Assembly: GCA_964019335.1 (NCBI GenBank)
Contig: OZ025723.1
Span: 186,001 to 250,000, forward strand
Direction: 5' to 3'
Length of the DNA: 64,000 nt
From: Diplonema japonicum
Lineage: Eukaryota > Protista > Euglenozoa: Diplonemea
The notes under the pieces were generated by a model. That model worked only from the letters and a program-made list of their open reading frames with translations, was not told the origin of the DNA and did no database searches. Each line of letters starts with the position of its first letter. Position 1 is the first letter of the stretch. A program made the position numbers and the translations under genes. Below are positions 43,760-55,593 of the stretch, one piece after another.

Positions 43760-46741
43760 ATGACCGCGGATACGTCTAGAGAGGCGTACCAAAGGTTTTT
43801 AGCAAAGGTAAAATACTGCACAAAAAAAAAATAAATAAATAAAAATAAAATAAAACAGAATTACGACCAATGCAGTTCGTCACTTCACTCCTTGCTGTCG
43901 TCGACGCCACGCGGCGATCCTAAAATACAACACAACGTAGCTGTGTGTGAATATTTCAAGGGGTGCTGTCAAGACACCGAAAAGTTTCTGTCCAACCTGA
44001 CAAAACTGGGAATGTCCCTGGAAAAGGAAAAGAGACTCGACCACCCCACATCGACAGCGGCTGTAGAAAGACTAGCCGCCCAAAGGATGCTCGAGTACAG
44101 ACCCCTCTGCCTAGAATTTGAAGGCCACGAGTACGTGAGATACAATCAAGCAGTAGTACATTTCTACCAACGGCAGTACGCAAGGTCGATCGAAACTTTA
44201 ATGCCAATGTATTACAATGAGGGGCAAATAACGAAACTCCTCCACGTAAGGGTGATGCTCCTTCTACTTTCTTGCAATCTTGCTCAGTACAAACCAGGCG
44301 ATCATTCCTTGAAAGCACGAGCCCAGTCGCTTCTATTGAAAATCGAACAAGCTGAGGGTTTCATGAATGAGCACGACGCGGGCTCTACCACCCTCAACCT
44401 GGGCAACCACGCTTTGCTACTCAAATCGCATCACGCAGCTATTTTCGGCGAGCCAGCAGACGCGCACACGCTTCTCTCGGAGTACCTTAAAAAGGCGGCG
44501 GCGGGGGGGAACTGGTGGTGCGTTACCACCTACCTGAATAATCTCGGAATGCTCAGTCTCTCCATCGGCAAACCGCACTTGGCTTCTCTTTACCTCTCCA
44601 GGGCCACTGACACCTATGAAAAGTATGCGAGGGGAAAGAAGAAAAAAGAAAAAAAAACTAGGAACCGCCCCAAACCCGAAGGCAACCAGCCCATGAACGG
44701 GCTGAACCACTACCCCTCCATGGCTACCATTTACTACAACAGTGGACTGTGCCATATGATCAGGTGTGTGTTTTTTTTTTTTTTTTAAACTTTTTACTTT
44801 TCCCCCACAGGGGCCAGTACGAACTTGCGTTCAAAGCCTTTGTGGTCGCAACTCCTCTACTCAAAGATGTATGCCAGCTATCTTTTTTTTTTTTTTTTTT
44901 ATAATTTTTTTTTAATACTTTCTGTACAGACCCCGACGCTGTGGCTTCGTCTAGCGCAGTGCTGTATCAGACATTGGGAGAAGAAGCTTGCCAGCGAGCA
45001 GGTGAAGATCGTGAACGAGAAGCTCTCTGCAGGGGAGAAGAAGCCCACACCGGTGTCCGAAAGGGGCGTGGTGTATCTGCCCACACATGATATTTTAAAC
45101 CCTCCGAGCTTGAAGATCGAGGGAGGCGATGAGATGACCCTAGTCTTCGCGGATAAGTGTGTACGCAATGCGCATTACCTGCTGCTGAGGAGGTGCAGAG
45201 GGAGGAGGGGGCACAAGGGTGATGATGACAAGGACGACGGCAAAGAGGAGGAAAAAGAAGAGGAAGCCCCCCAGGATGAGGGCGAAGGCCAGCTCGAAGA
45301 ATCAGAGCTGCATCGTGTGGCGCAAAACGACCCGGAGCTGAGCGCCCTTCTGCAGGCTGTGTACTGTAATATGGCGTACCTCGCGTTGTGCCTTTCTAAT
45401 TACTCCGTGGCGCTCATTGCAGCGACCAAGCTCCTGTCCCTCCCTAACCCTGACAAAGAGAACAAGGTCGTGTGCCTTGCTTACAGCACTGAAGCATACT
45501 GCAGGCTGGGCCGGGCGGACGAAGCCTTGGGCCTTCTTCACGATGTGGACCTTCAAGAACTCTTTGTTTCGGTATGTGATTTTTTTCAAAAAAAAAAAAG
45601 AAATCTCCCAGACCCAGTCTTGCCTCACACAACCGTGTGGGGGGATCCATAAGAGTTCTGGCGGTAGTAGTCAGATCGATCTTCCATCGGTGGAGAGCAG
45701 TCCTGTGCATATTGGTATCTCAGAGGCTGACAGAGAGAAGTTGAGGTGTGGATATTAAAAAAAAAAAAAAAAAAATCCTATTTAGCTCGTCGCACGCATC
45801 TGCGTTGTTCACCAACTTGTGTGTGGTGCACATCATGGGCGGTAAGTTCAACAGAGCACAGCAGTGTTTGGACCAGTTTAGGAATGATGGGCAGCCCATT
45901 GCTGACCTGCTCCAGCTTTACCTGCGCTTGGCGGTTGGTGATACAGTATGGAGGGGTTAAGGGGAAAAAATAGCTATTTACTGCCAACAAGTAATGACTT
46001 TACCGTTACCTCGAGAGGTCGGTAAAGCATTACTTGGCGGTAGGTAAGTGGTTTTATTTCACGACACTCTGAAATTACTTCACCACGAGGGGCACAACAG
46101 GGTGACAAGGGGTACAACAAGAGAGGGGTTACAAAGGTTACAATACAAGTTGTTTTTCCTCCTTTTGTTGACTAAGAGCTGCCGCTGTCGCTGGCATTGC
46201 CACTGTCACCATCTCTAATCAGGCCTTCCCATACCTAGCGCGGCCGCTGGCTCCTTTTTTTCTGCTGCTTCGGTATTTTGAAGTCTTTTGGGGAGCTTGG
46301 GTAAGCTGACTAAGTTACCATTACCCACAGAAGAGTTACCCACAGAAACTGGGAACAAGGCCTAGCCAAAAGTGGGCAAATTGGGAGGAAAAAGTAGTCC
46401 AACTTGGAACTGAGCCGAGGCAAAAGTTGGCCAATTGAGCTGAACCTGGGGGGAAATAGCAAACTGAGAGGAAAAAGTAGCCCCACTGGGAACCGAACCG
46501 AGGCAAAAATTGGCCTACCGAGGCATATTATTTAACGGAAACCCCCTATTACTTCACGGAAAACAGGCCATTATTTCACCGTGAAGTAATGAGATTTAGC
46601 GTGAAGTAATGGGCCCCCCAGTGCGTGAAGTAATTTCTGAAGAGTGAAATTTAAAAAAAAAAAAAAAAAAAACCCTAGCGGGCCGCCATTGCCGAGCTCA
46701 AACAACGACCTCCCATGCCTCCTTTTACTGTAGCTGCTTGA
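43760..46741 (+). CDS. CNOT10: CCR4-NOT complex subunit 10 (8 exons)
   Basis: DPKIQHNVAVCEY, YNQAVVHF, YLNNLG, IYYNSGL, PTLWLRLAQCCI and LQLYLRLAVGDT|RAAIAELKQ. Introns 43808-43858, 44623-44661, 44764-44810, 44869-44929, 45572-45611, 45746-45785 and 45946-46678. Confidence 0.85.
45972..46645. mobile_element. Repeat-rich insertion in the last CNOT10 intron (non-autonomous element-like)
   Basis: Imperfect hairpin 45975-46046. 48-nt direct repeats 46385-46432 and 46468-46515. Motif GTGAAGTAAT or its complement five times. Boundaries approximate. Confidence 0.5.
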
Positions 46742-47788
46742 TCTATGAGGGAACTCGGGGATCAAAAGAAAGAAAAAGGGAAAAAAGAAGAAAAGAAAAA
46801 GAAAAAAAAAAAAACTAAATTGTCCCTCCTCCCCCACCCCACTTCCATCTCCCCTCACCCGCTAACAGCACGCACGCAGTATAAAAAAAAAGATTATACC
46901 TTTCCCCCCCCCATTTTCTTTTTAGAAAACGAAAAAAAATAGTGTACCTTTTTGTTAATTCGTCCCCTGTTTTTTTTTTCTTTCACCAGGGAGGAAGGGA
47001 GGGATGGGGGAACTAATTAGTGTGTCTTTTTATATCAGTAGCAACCCACGGTTGCAGTTAAGATAGTGTTTTTTTTTAATCTTCTTTTTTTTTTTCGTCG
47101 TGGTCTACAATTAAAAAGAATATAACCCGAGCTTTAAAAAAAAAAAAAAAAAAAAAAAGACACTTAAAAATATAATTGTGGTGAAACTGATAATATTTTC
47201 CTTTTTTTTTTCTTTCTTATGTATGTGTGTGTGTGGTGTTCAAACGAAGTGATTTCATTTTTTTATTCTTTTAGTTCTGATACACCGGGGGGGGGGGGGG
47301 GGGGGGGGGGGAATCTGAAGAGGAAGCGGGACAATAACAAAAAAAAGGGGAGGGGGAGAGAGAGAGAGAGAGCATTTATTTTGCGAAAAATGGTGAAGAA
47401 AGTCGGCGGGGGGGGAGAAAAGGAGAAGGGAAAGAAAAAAAACCAGGAAAAAAAAAAAAAAAAAAGGTGTACACAAACCCCCCGCCCGTTGCCTACACCC
47501 CCCTCCCCTCCCCCCCCTCTCTCCCCTACATTTTATCAAGATTGTTTTTGTGTTTTTTTTTTTTTTCTCTTTTTTCTTTTTTTTTTTTTTTTAAAAAAAA
47601 AAACGACAACAACAACCTTCATTTTTTATTTTTTGCTTCCTTCGGCCGGGGGGGGGTTTTTTTTGTAACTCTTTGGATGATCTCAGACACATGCGAAAAT
47701 CATGCTTTGCATACTGTTCGTCTCATGCCTTATTGCCTGGGCCTTCACTATGTCCCCTTCAACAACAACACCACCACCACCACTCCAG

Positions 47789-48667
47789 ATGCTGCGGCAC
47801 ACGTTTGCAAGGCATAACAAACAAATGGCGAAAACGATTCTCGGGCTGGCCGAGGAGTTCGAAAAGGGCAAGGGGAGCTTCGCCATAATCAACGGAGAAA
47901 TGAAACACCACCCAACACTCCCAACTCAGATCGAGGCCACTGTAGTTTACGACGTGGTAAGGGTCCACGAGGGAAGGCTGCTCTTCGCAAAGGATCACTG
48001 CGCAAGACTCCGGAAAACACTTCAAACCTTTGGAGTGCCTATCGACCCGGTTAAAATAGAATCCAGCGTTCGCGACCTAGTCCACAAAGGCAACGTTTCA
48101 AACCAAAACATCAAAATCCTATATACCATCGAAGACGGCAAGGCGGACAACTGCTACATCTACCCCCTTCTCAGCTACTACCCCCCAATGGAATCTTACA
48201 CCAATGGAGTCCGTGGTAAGGTCATCCACCATGTCCGGGAAAATCCGAACTCGAAAATTCTAAACATGAACCTCAAAGACTTAATGACGCAGGCGTCCGA
48301 GGAGGGTATCTACGAGCTTCTCCTGCTCAACGAGGATGATTGTGTAACAGAAGGATCCCGTTCCAATGTGTTCTGTATCAAGGATGGTACTATCTATACT
48401 GCACCGTCGGAATCTGTTTTGAAGGGAATTACACGGACAAGGGTGCTTGCTCTCATCGAGGCCCTTGGTCTTCCTGTCGTGTTCACACCTCTGTCTAAGC
48501 GGCTGCTCTCTTCGGCAGAGGCATTGTTCATCACTTCGACCTCGAATGGTATACTCCCACTGTGCTCGCTAATTATGCTCGATGAGGAGAAAACATATGA
48601 GGTCGCCGGCCATGTGCTGCTGCAGAGACTCATCACAGCGTTCTTCTCCGGAGAAGAATCGGGGTGA
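47789..48667 (+). CDS. Class IV PLP-dependent aminotransferase (BCAT/D-amino-acid AT/PabC family) with probable mitochondrial presequence
   Basis: VYDVVRV, DHCARL, NSK (PLP Lys), VTEGSRSNVF, VLKGITR and ALFITSTS motifs. Start chosen at MLRHTFARH, which is directly preceded by CAG; upstream ATGs at 47702 and 47750 are possible. Confidence 0.85.
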   Translation: MLRHTFARHNKQMAKTILGLAEEFEKGKGSFAIINGEMKHHPTLPTQIEATVVYDVVRVHEGRLLFAKDHCARLRKTLQTFGVPIDPVKIESSVRDLVHKGNVSNQNIKILYTIEDGKADNCYIYPLLSYYPPMESYTNGVRGKVIHHVRENPNSKILNMNLKDLMTQASEEGIYELLLLNEDDCVTEGSRSNVFCIKDGTIYTAPSESVLKGITRTRVLALIEALGLPVVFTPLSKRLLSSAEALFITSTSNGILPLCSLIMLDEEKTYEVAGHVLLQRLITAFFSGEESG

Positions 48668-48761
48668 TAAATATTTTTTTTTTAAGAAATAAGAATCGCA
48701 TCAATATCAAGAAGAAAGGGGGGAGGGGGGGGGGGGGATAAGAATTCAAAAGAATAATATG

Positions 48762-49433
48762 AGCTCGTCCGGAAAAAAAAATGTCAACAACTGACCCTCC
48801 TACAACTGACCCTCCTATGCGGCGGAAAACCCCCGTTAAATTCCTAAGTAAAAAAGTAGTCCGACACCACTTTGTGTGCAGAAATGCAGTCAAAGCTTGA
48901 ACACCATATAGGTCAAAATGCTCGCCGTTTGTTTTATTTTTAAGACGCACGTGCAAAAACATGTTTTTTTAGAATGGTTTTTGGCAAACGATTCAATTTG
49001 GAAGTTACAAATAACCCAGACTCCATTTTTTATTTTTCATTTTTCCGTGAAAAGCGACAGGAGGAACGGACGCAGATTGAAAATCTGTGAAACCTTTGGG
49101 TCATTTTGGGTGGGCTGGACTCTAAATCACTATTAAAATGGGGTGGGGAGAACTTACCCTTAAAGTGCCCTTTAAAACCCCTTAAAAAAGCAAATTTTTC
49201 ACTTTTAAAGTATTATGAGTGCAAAAGAAAAGGGAAAACCTCAGCAGATGGGTAGAGAATGAAAGTTTGACCCCAAAGATACCAATGTCGAACCAATTGA
49301 AAGAACGGCGTCATGTACACCATGTATGTCATCTTCCTATGGTTGCATGCTGCCCTTTTTTTGCTCAAATAATCAAAACAAGAAATTTTCGGAGGTGCCC
49401 AAAAAAGTGTTGACATTTTCGTCCGGACGAGCT
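48762..49433. mobile_element. MITE-like non-autonomous DNA transposon (~670 bp) with ~26-28-bp terminal inverted repeats
   Basis: Left end AGCTCGTCCGGAAAAAAAAATGTCAACA; right end TGTTGACATTTTCGTCCGGACGAGCT. AT-rich non-coding interior. 15-nt subterminal tandem repeat 48787-48816. TSD unclear. Confidence 0.8.
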
Positions 49434-49449
49434 ATCGCTGTTTTTTTTT

Positions 49450-49851
49450 GCCACCTTGTGAAGAGGGTGAGGACATCCAAGTGAGCGCGCGTGTAATAGG
49501 CCGGGTGATAACGGCACTAGAACGCATCCACACCAGTAAGGGCATAGCGCCCCTCATCCCAGCTGCGTCAGTAGTTTCTGTCCACTCCCTGCGCACGTTG
49601 GGTTACTACAACAGCTCCGTAAGGGGCTACTCCTCTAGACCGGTATTCGCCTCCCCGGTGACCCGCCACATCCTTGAGAAACAACTGTACAACTATTGTG
49701 TCCTTACCAACTCGGTTGAGGGTTTTCCTAAGGTACCGAGGAGGGTGAACGAGGGGCCGAAGGCCACACCACAGCAGAAAGGTTCGATCAAGAGATAGAT
49801 TGAGACTCTTCAGGCGTCCTGCCACATACCGCAGGTACCCTTAAATGTCTC
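49450..49851 (+). mobile_element. 5'-truncated retroelement-like copy 2 (divergent subfamily; ORF ends QKGSIKR*)
   Basis: ARVI..PA..VHSLRTLG..GYSSRPVFAS..T..L aligns with ARRI..PA..VKSLTAMG..GFNRRPIFAS..T..L of copy 1. T-runs on both sides. Confidence 0.55.
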
Positions 49852-49855
49852 TTCT

Positions 49856-49887
<32 letters not shown>

Positions 49888-50245
49888 TTTTTCCTTTTTT
49901 TTTTTTTTTTTTTTTTTTAATGTCTCTTTTTTTTTTTTTTTGTTTTGTTTTGTTTTGTTTTGGATGAAACGGCATTTTCTTCTGTTTTTTTTTGAAGGGG
50001 GGGTGGGGGGGGCGAAAAAATAAAAAAGATTCCGTTGTCAAATTTTTGTCGGGTTGAGACGAGAATGACTCATGGGGTTGGTTGGGGGGGGGATGGAGGG
50101 CAACTTTTTTTCCCCCTTTTTTTTTTTTTTTTCTTGGTGGATCGTTCCTAACACCCCGTCACAGTGAATTATTCCAAAAAAATAAAAATTCCCCCCAAAA
50201 TCACTATTCCACTGTTCAGAGATTTTAAAAAAAAAAAAAAAAAGA

Positions 50246-51535
50246 ATGCCTAGTCCTGACGAAATTCTCGAAGAAGTTGTGGCGGAGGGCAGCGTTCCGG
50301 GAATATACATGAAAGCGGTGAAGGACGGGAAGGTTTGTTACGAGAAAGGCGTGGGCTGGGCGGACGAAGAGAAAAACCTAAAAATGGGCTCCAAAGTAAT
50401 AGGCAGGTTCTACAGCATGACGAAGCCAGTGGTCAGCACCGCCGCAATGATGCTCTGGGAGGAGGGAAAGCTGGACCTCAACGAAAACGTCTCTGCGTAC
50501 ATACCCGAGTGGGAAGACGACAAAAAAGTCATGAACCACGATGGAACAACAGTACCAGCAACACGGCCCATTACCATAATAGACCTTATGACACACACCA
50601 GCGGTCTAGACTACGGGTTCTGGCCTGACACCGTATCTAAGACTTCTACCTTCTACAGAAGATTGGGCCTGGAACTTCCCACACCAATTCTTCACGATGC
50701 AGACTCTCATCTCCCAGCACCCTCCCGACCGAAAACCTTGAAAGAATTCTGCTCAACACTGAACAAGGTCCCGCTTTCATTCCAGCCAGGTGAACGGTTT
50801 CAGTACAGCTGCTCCACCGACGTCCTAGGAAGGGTGATCGAGTCCATCACCGGGGAAACCCTTCCTCAGTTTTTAAACCGAAAGCTTTTCACACCATTAG
50901 AGATGAGCGACACTTCCTTCACCATTACGAAGGACAAGCTTCCTCGGATGGCGAAATGCTATTACGGGATTTCCAAAGGGCAGTATAAATTCGCTGCGGA
51001 TAACTTTATAGGAAACACAGACGATTTGAACCCTTGGATGGCGGGGAGGGGTGTTGAAGACTGCCCTTCTGGTGGTGGTGGGCTCTTGTCAACTGTCGAT
51101 GATTTCTTGATTTTTGGAGGAATGATGTTAACAGGGTCCTGGAATGGACAAACCTACCTCAAAGAATCCACTGTTGAGATGATGCGTGAGGATCAGCTGG
51201 CTCCGAGAAATGCGAAGAAGTCCTCCATCGCACAGGTGTTTGACGGCTTCGGTCTTGGCCTTGGCCTTGCTCTTTCTCCTGGCACCCCTGCGTCCTACCC
51301 CGGTGCAGGCCTTGCTGGCCATGGAACCGCCGGTTGGGGTGGTGCCGCCAACACAGTCTACTTCTCCGATCCTGTGCACAACGTCACCTTCGTCATTTTC
51401 TCACAGCTGCTGAACTACCACGTGTCCGTTCCCATGCTTCGGTTCAACGCGATTAAGGCATTGTACGAGGCGATGCTCGGCAGAGAAGCAGCCGTCAACG
51501 ACGGGGAGAGTGCTTCTGGTGGGTTTACAGGATGA
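50246..51535 (+). CDS. Beta-lactamase-family (class C/LACTB-like) serine hydrolase
   Basis: YSMTK (SxxK), DLMTHTSG, FQPGERFQYS, GGGGLLST and GWGGAANT motifs. Confidence 0.92.
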   Translation: MPSPDEILEEVVAEGSVPGIYMKAVKDGKVCYEKGVGWADEEKNLKMGSKVIGRFYSMTKPVVSTAAMMLWEEGKLDLNENVSAYIPEWEDDKKVMNHDGTTVPATRPITIIDLMTHTSGLDYGFWPDTVSKTSTFYRRLGLELPTPILHDADSHLPAPSRPKTLKEFCSTLNKVPLSFQPGERFQYSCSTDVLGRVIESITGETLPQFLNRKLFTPLEMSDTSFTITKDKLPRMAKCYYGISKGQYKFAADNFIGNTDDLNPWMAGRGVEDCPSGGGGLLSTVDDFLIFGGMMLTGSWNGQTYLKESTVEMMREDQLAPRNAKKSSIAQVFDGFGLGLGLALSPGTPASYPGAGLAGHGTAGWGGAANTVYFSDPVHNVTFVIFSQLLNYHVSVPMLRFNAIKALYEAMLGREAAVNDGESASGGFTG

Positions 51536-51685
51536 TTTCCCTCCCCCTTCCGTCTTTGTTTTTACCGTGCGTCTTCTCCCCCCCCCCCCCCCCCCCCCCC
51601 AGATTTCTATGATGTTCCCATATAGGGCCACCAACGTTGACATTTCTTTTGAAATGCTCTTTTTTTTCTTTTTTTTTTCCTTTTT

Positions 51686-51906
51686 AAGGCAGCTGTTGGC
51701 TTCTCCAGGAGGCCCATTTTCGCCGCCCACTCCACGCCGACAAGCTGATGGAATTGAAAACCGCGAGACCGCGTCACTCGACTCCGCAAGACACTCACGG
51801 TCTCGATCGGGATGAAAGCAATGCTCCAGAAGGGGAGTATTCACAGATAGACCCTCCCCCTCCCATAAGGCAGCCCTCTAGAGGGGGGATTGTCCTGTAC
51901 TTTGAG
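51686..51906 (+). mobile_element. 5'-truncated retroelement-like copy 3 (frameshifted; ends AMLQKGSIHR*)
   Basis: Reads KAAVGFSRRPIFAA..KLMELK..RVTRLRKTLTVSIGMKAMLQKGSIHR* across frameshifts. Ends GGGATTGTCCTGTACTTTGAG then a T-run, and is preceded by a T-run. Confidence 0.7.
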
Positions 51907-52041
51907 TTTTTTTTTTTTATTAATATTTACCGTTCGATTTCACACCCCCTGAAAAAAAAAAATAAGGTGGAGAGAGGGGAGGAGGGTGGTAAAAAAAAAA
52001 AAAAAAAAGAAACCAAAACCAAAAACAAAAAAAAAAAGAAA

Positions 52042-54838
52042 ATGTCATTTCGAGATGAGGGATCAACGTCGTCCAGCTCCGAGGAGGGCGTGGACCTGGA
52101 CAACTTTGAAGTTATGAGAGCAGATGCGGCAGAGGCAGCGCATGATGAATGGGAGGCCGGCAGTATGCTGGCTGATGAGGACGCCTCTTCCAGCGAGGCG
52201 AGGTCAATCGGCACCGCTGTGGACAGGGAGTATGACAGGAGAAAAGAACGCCGAGACGGGAAGCGACCAGCGAGAGTATTGGCCGAACGCGCACTGGGAG
52301 AAGACATGGCAGCAGACGACGACGTGAGCAGCTTGATGTCCGGGGAGACACACCGCACAAAATCACAATTCACCGTTGATCAAAACAGCCTAGCCACGAC
52401 CACCCGCACCACACTACGAGAGGGAGTACTCAAGCAGCACAACAAAGACACCGAATTCGACTCATCTGAAGACTCTTCTGAACCCGACTCAGATGACGAA
52501 ATGGTTGACCTGTGCGACATCCAAGGCGTCCCGACGGAATTCATCAAAAAGGAAAATGTGATCCGCGAAGTTCGCAAACAGTTCCGGTTGTTCTTAAGGA
52601 AACAGCTGGACGACCACGGCGCCCCGCTATTCCCGCAGAAGATGAAAACGATCGTTGAAAATCAAGCGGAGTCGCTCGTCGTGGATTTCCAATTGCTGTC
52701 CAGGTTTAAATACGGGCTGGCGGTATTGTCGGGAGAAGTCCCTTCCGTGATCCTCAAAACCTTTGACGAAGTAGCATCCCGTGAACTGTTTAGAACGTTT
52801 CCGAAATATTCAAAGGTCTTCAACACCATTCACGTCCGGCTTGTTAATTTACCGACAAGTGACGCCATTCGCGAGCTTCGTGCGATTCACATGAACATGT
52901 TGACGATGGTGCACGGGGTGGTGACACGGCGGTCTCTGGTGTACCCGCAGTTGAAGGCGGTAAAGTTCGACTGTTTGTCGTGTGGGTTCACCATCGGCCC
53001 CTTGATGCAGACTGGTGCACAGGAACCTAAGATCAAACAATGCCCTTCCTGTCAACGGCCCGGTCCCTTCAGATTGAACAGCAGCCAAACTCAGTACAGG
53101 AACTACCAAACGGCTGTTTTACAGGAAACCCCCGGAACTGTCCCTCCCGGACGGTTGCCGAGGTGGATCGAGGTCGTGCTTGTCGATGATTTGGTGGACA
53201 TCGCACGACCCGGTGATGAGATTCAAGTGACAGGGATTTTCAGAAACCACTTCGATCCGTTGCTGAACCACAAGCAGGGTTTTCCTGTATTCACAACTAT
53301 ACTGGAGGCGAACTCTGTGCGACGTCGTGTGGACGACCTGCAGGAGTCGATGACGAACGAGGAGAAGGAGGAGCTGAAGCTTTTATCCCACAACCCTTCC
53401 ATCGTTGACAAAATCATCAAGAGCATCTGCCCGTCGATTCACGGCAACGAAATGGTCAAAGCAGGCGTAGCATGCTCCCTCTTCGGCGGAGTACAAAAGG
53501 AAGCAGACGGCGGGCACAAGCTACGAGGCGACATCAACGTCCTACTTGTCGGCGATCCTGGATGTGCAAAATCGCAGTTTTTAAAATACATTGAAAAGAC
53601 TTCACCGAGGTCCGTCTTCACGACGGGAAAAGGTTCCACCGCAGTCGGGCTGACAGCTGCCGTCCACAAGGACGCCATGACAGGTGAGTGGACGCTGGAA
53701 GGCGGGGCAATGGTTATCGCCGACAAAGGCCATTGTTTAATCGACGAGTTCGATAAGATGTCCGATCAGGACAGGACGTCTATCCACGAAGCCATGGAGC
53801 AGCAGACCATATCCATCGCCAAGGCGGGCATCGTCACCTCATTGCAGGCACGGTGCTCCATTGTCGCAGCTGCGAACCCCATCATGGGGCACTACGACTC
53901 CACACAAACCTTCGAGAACCAAGTCAATTTGACACAGCCTATTTTGTCTCGTTTCGATCTGCTTTTTGCGGTAATGTGCCATTGAAAAAAAACTTTTTGA
54001 AGAAAAGAAAAAAATCAGATACGCGACACCGTCGACCCGATCAAGGACACGCAGCTGGCGCGTTTCGTGTTGAACTCCCACATGAAGTCCCACCCCTTGG
54101 GCAACGACACTGACCTCATGGACGGTGTTCCCGAGATCAAGGAAGACACGGACCCGAAGAGCGATAACCCGGTATTTTAAAAAAAAAAAAAAAAAAAAAA
54201 AAGTTAAAAGAAAAATAATACAACAATAGTTACCGCAAAGATTACTCCAACGGTATATTCTGCACGCGAGGACTAACATAAGGCCGAAGCTGGAGCAAGT
54301 CGATATAGATAGACTGATTCGATTTTACGTGGACCTGCGAGATGACAGTGCGATGAAGCACGAGTCAGGCGTCAAAATCGTGGTCAGGCATTTGGAGAGC
54401 GTTGTGAGGCTTGCCACGTCCTTTGCGAAGATGAGGCTGTCACCTTACGTGCGTGAGGATGACGTGAGCAGAGCGATCGCACTGTTTCTAACAGCGTTCC
54501 TGAGCACGTTGCAGTACAAACGAAGGGAGGCGTTGAAGAAGAAGTACACCAGCTACCTCGTCCTTGACAAACAGCACTACCAAATTCTTTCTCACATTCT
54601 TGCGGCCGGCGTCAAGGAGCAGTGCCAGCTTATGTCCCTCAAGTACGGCGGGTACGAGGGCCGGGAGGTGCTTCAAAGCGTCACAGACCTTCGATCCAAA
54701 GCTACGGAGCACAAGATCTACGAGCAGGATGTTGAGAAATACTTCAAAACAAAAGCGTTTTTGTCGCACTACCGCCTCATCAACAACAGACAGGATATCC
54801 TGTGGGTGCGGGGGGCTTCTGGTGAGGAACAAAACTAA
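52042..54838 (+). CDS. MCM2: DNA replication licensing factor MCM2 (3 exons)
   Basis: Acidic N-terminus; VYPQL, QETPGTVPPGRLPR, GDPGCAKSQFLKY, IDEFDKMSDQDRTSIHEAMEQQ and ILSRFD. Introns 53971-54018 and 54172-54229. Confidence 0.95.
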
Positions 54839-54944
54839 AAAAAAAAAAACAAAAAAAAAAGTTATTGTAGACCTAGATTTTCTTATTTTTTATTTTTGGT
54901 CCCCCACTCGCCCTTCAAAAAAAAAAAGAAAAAAAAAAGCAATA

Positions 54945-54974
<30 letters not shown>

Positions 54975-54977
<3 letters not shown>

Positions 54978-55382
54978 CGTGAAAGGGCAAAGGGCGACCA
55001 CATGCCTAAGTTCACGAATCTTACACAAGGGGACCATACTTTTGGTTCCGCAGACCTAGAGAAGGATACCCTTCACAGGCTGGAGTATGTAAAACACGAT
55101 CTAGAGAGGGTGAACTTGATGAGGTTTGCAAAGCAAAAGCGAAACACCTCCAGGCTGCGGCCTTATGCTGACCGCACAGAGCGAAGCAGGGCAGGGAAGA
55201 CCATCTCGATGGGCACATCGGAGTATAAAGCATGTTACCCTTCCTACAGCATGCGCCTCTTCCCACACTGCCTTTACCTCAAACAGGGATCTAACTACAA
55301 GCCGAGACCTCCCAAGCCCCGCCAGCCACCTCCTATGAATATGACCCCCTCTCGTTGGGTTCATCCGAAGATATTGCAGTGA
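54975..55382 (+). CDS. Small basic hypothetical protein (135 aa)
   Basis: ATG directly after a long A-run; coding-like composition. No motif recognised. Confidence 0.5.
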
Positions 55383-55593
55383 AACCTTTGCTGGTTTTCT
55401 TTTTTTGATTTCTTCTTGGTTTACACCAGAAAGATTTTCCTCGTCCATCTCCCCCGCCATTTTGGTGAATTCTTTTCCAAAGCAGCGCGCAATATGATGA
55501 ATTGTTAAAACATATCTATTTAAAAAAAAAAAAAAAAACGAAAACAAAAAGAGAAATAGGAAAGGGGGGGGAGGGGGGTGCGAGGGGGTGAAG

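Noticed and set aside
44919-44929. TTTCTGTAC resembling part of the euglenozoan spliced leader
   Set aside because: Only 9 nt, and it is simply the acceptor region of a CNOT10 intron.
51748-52041. N-terminal extension of the MCM2 ORF
   Set aside because: It runs through retroelement copy 3 and homopolymer spacer; the likely start is ATG 52042.
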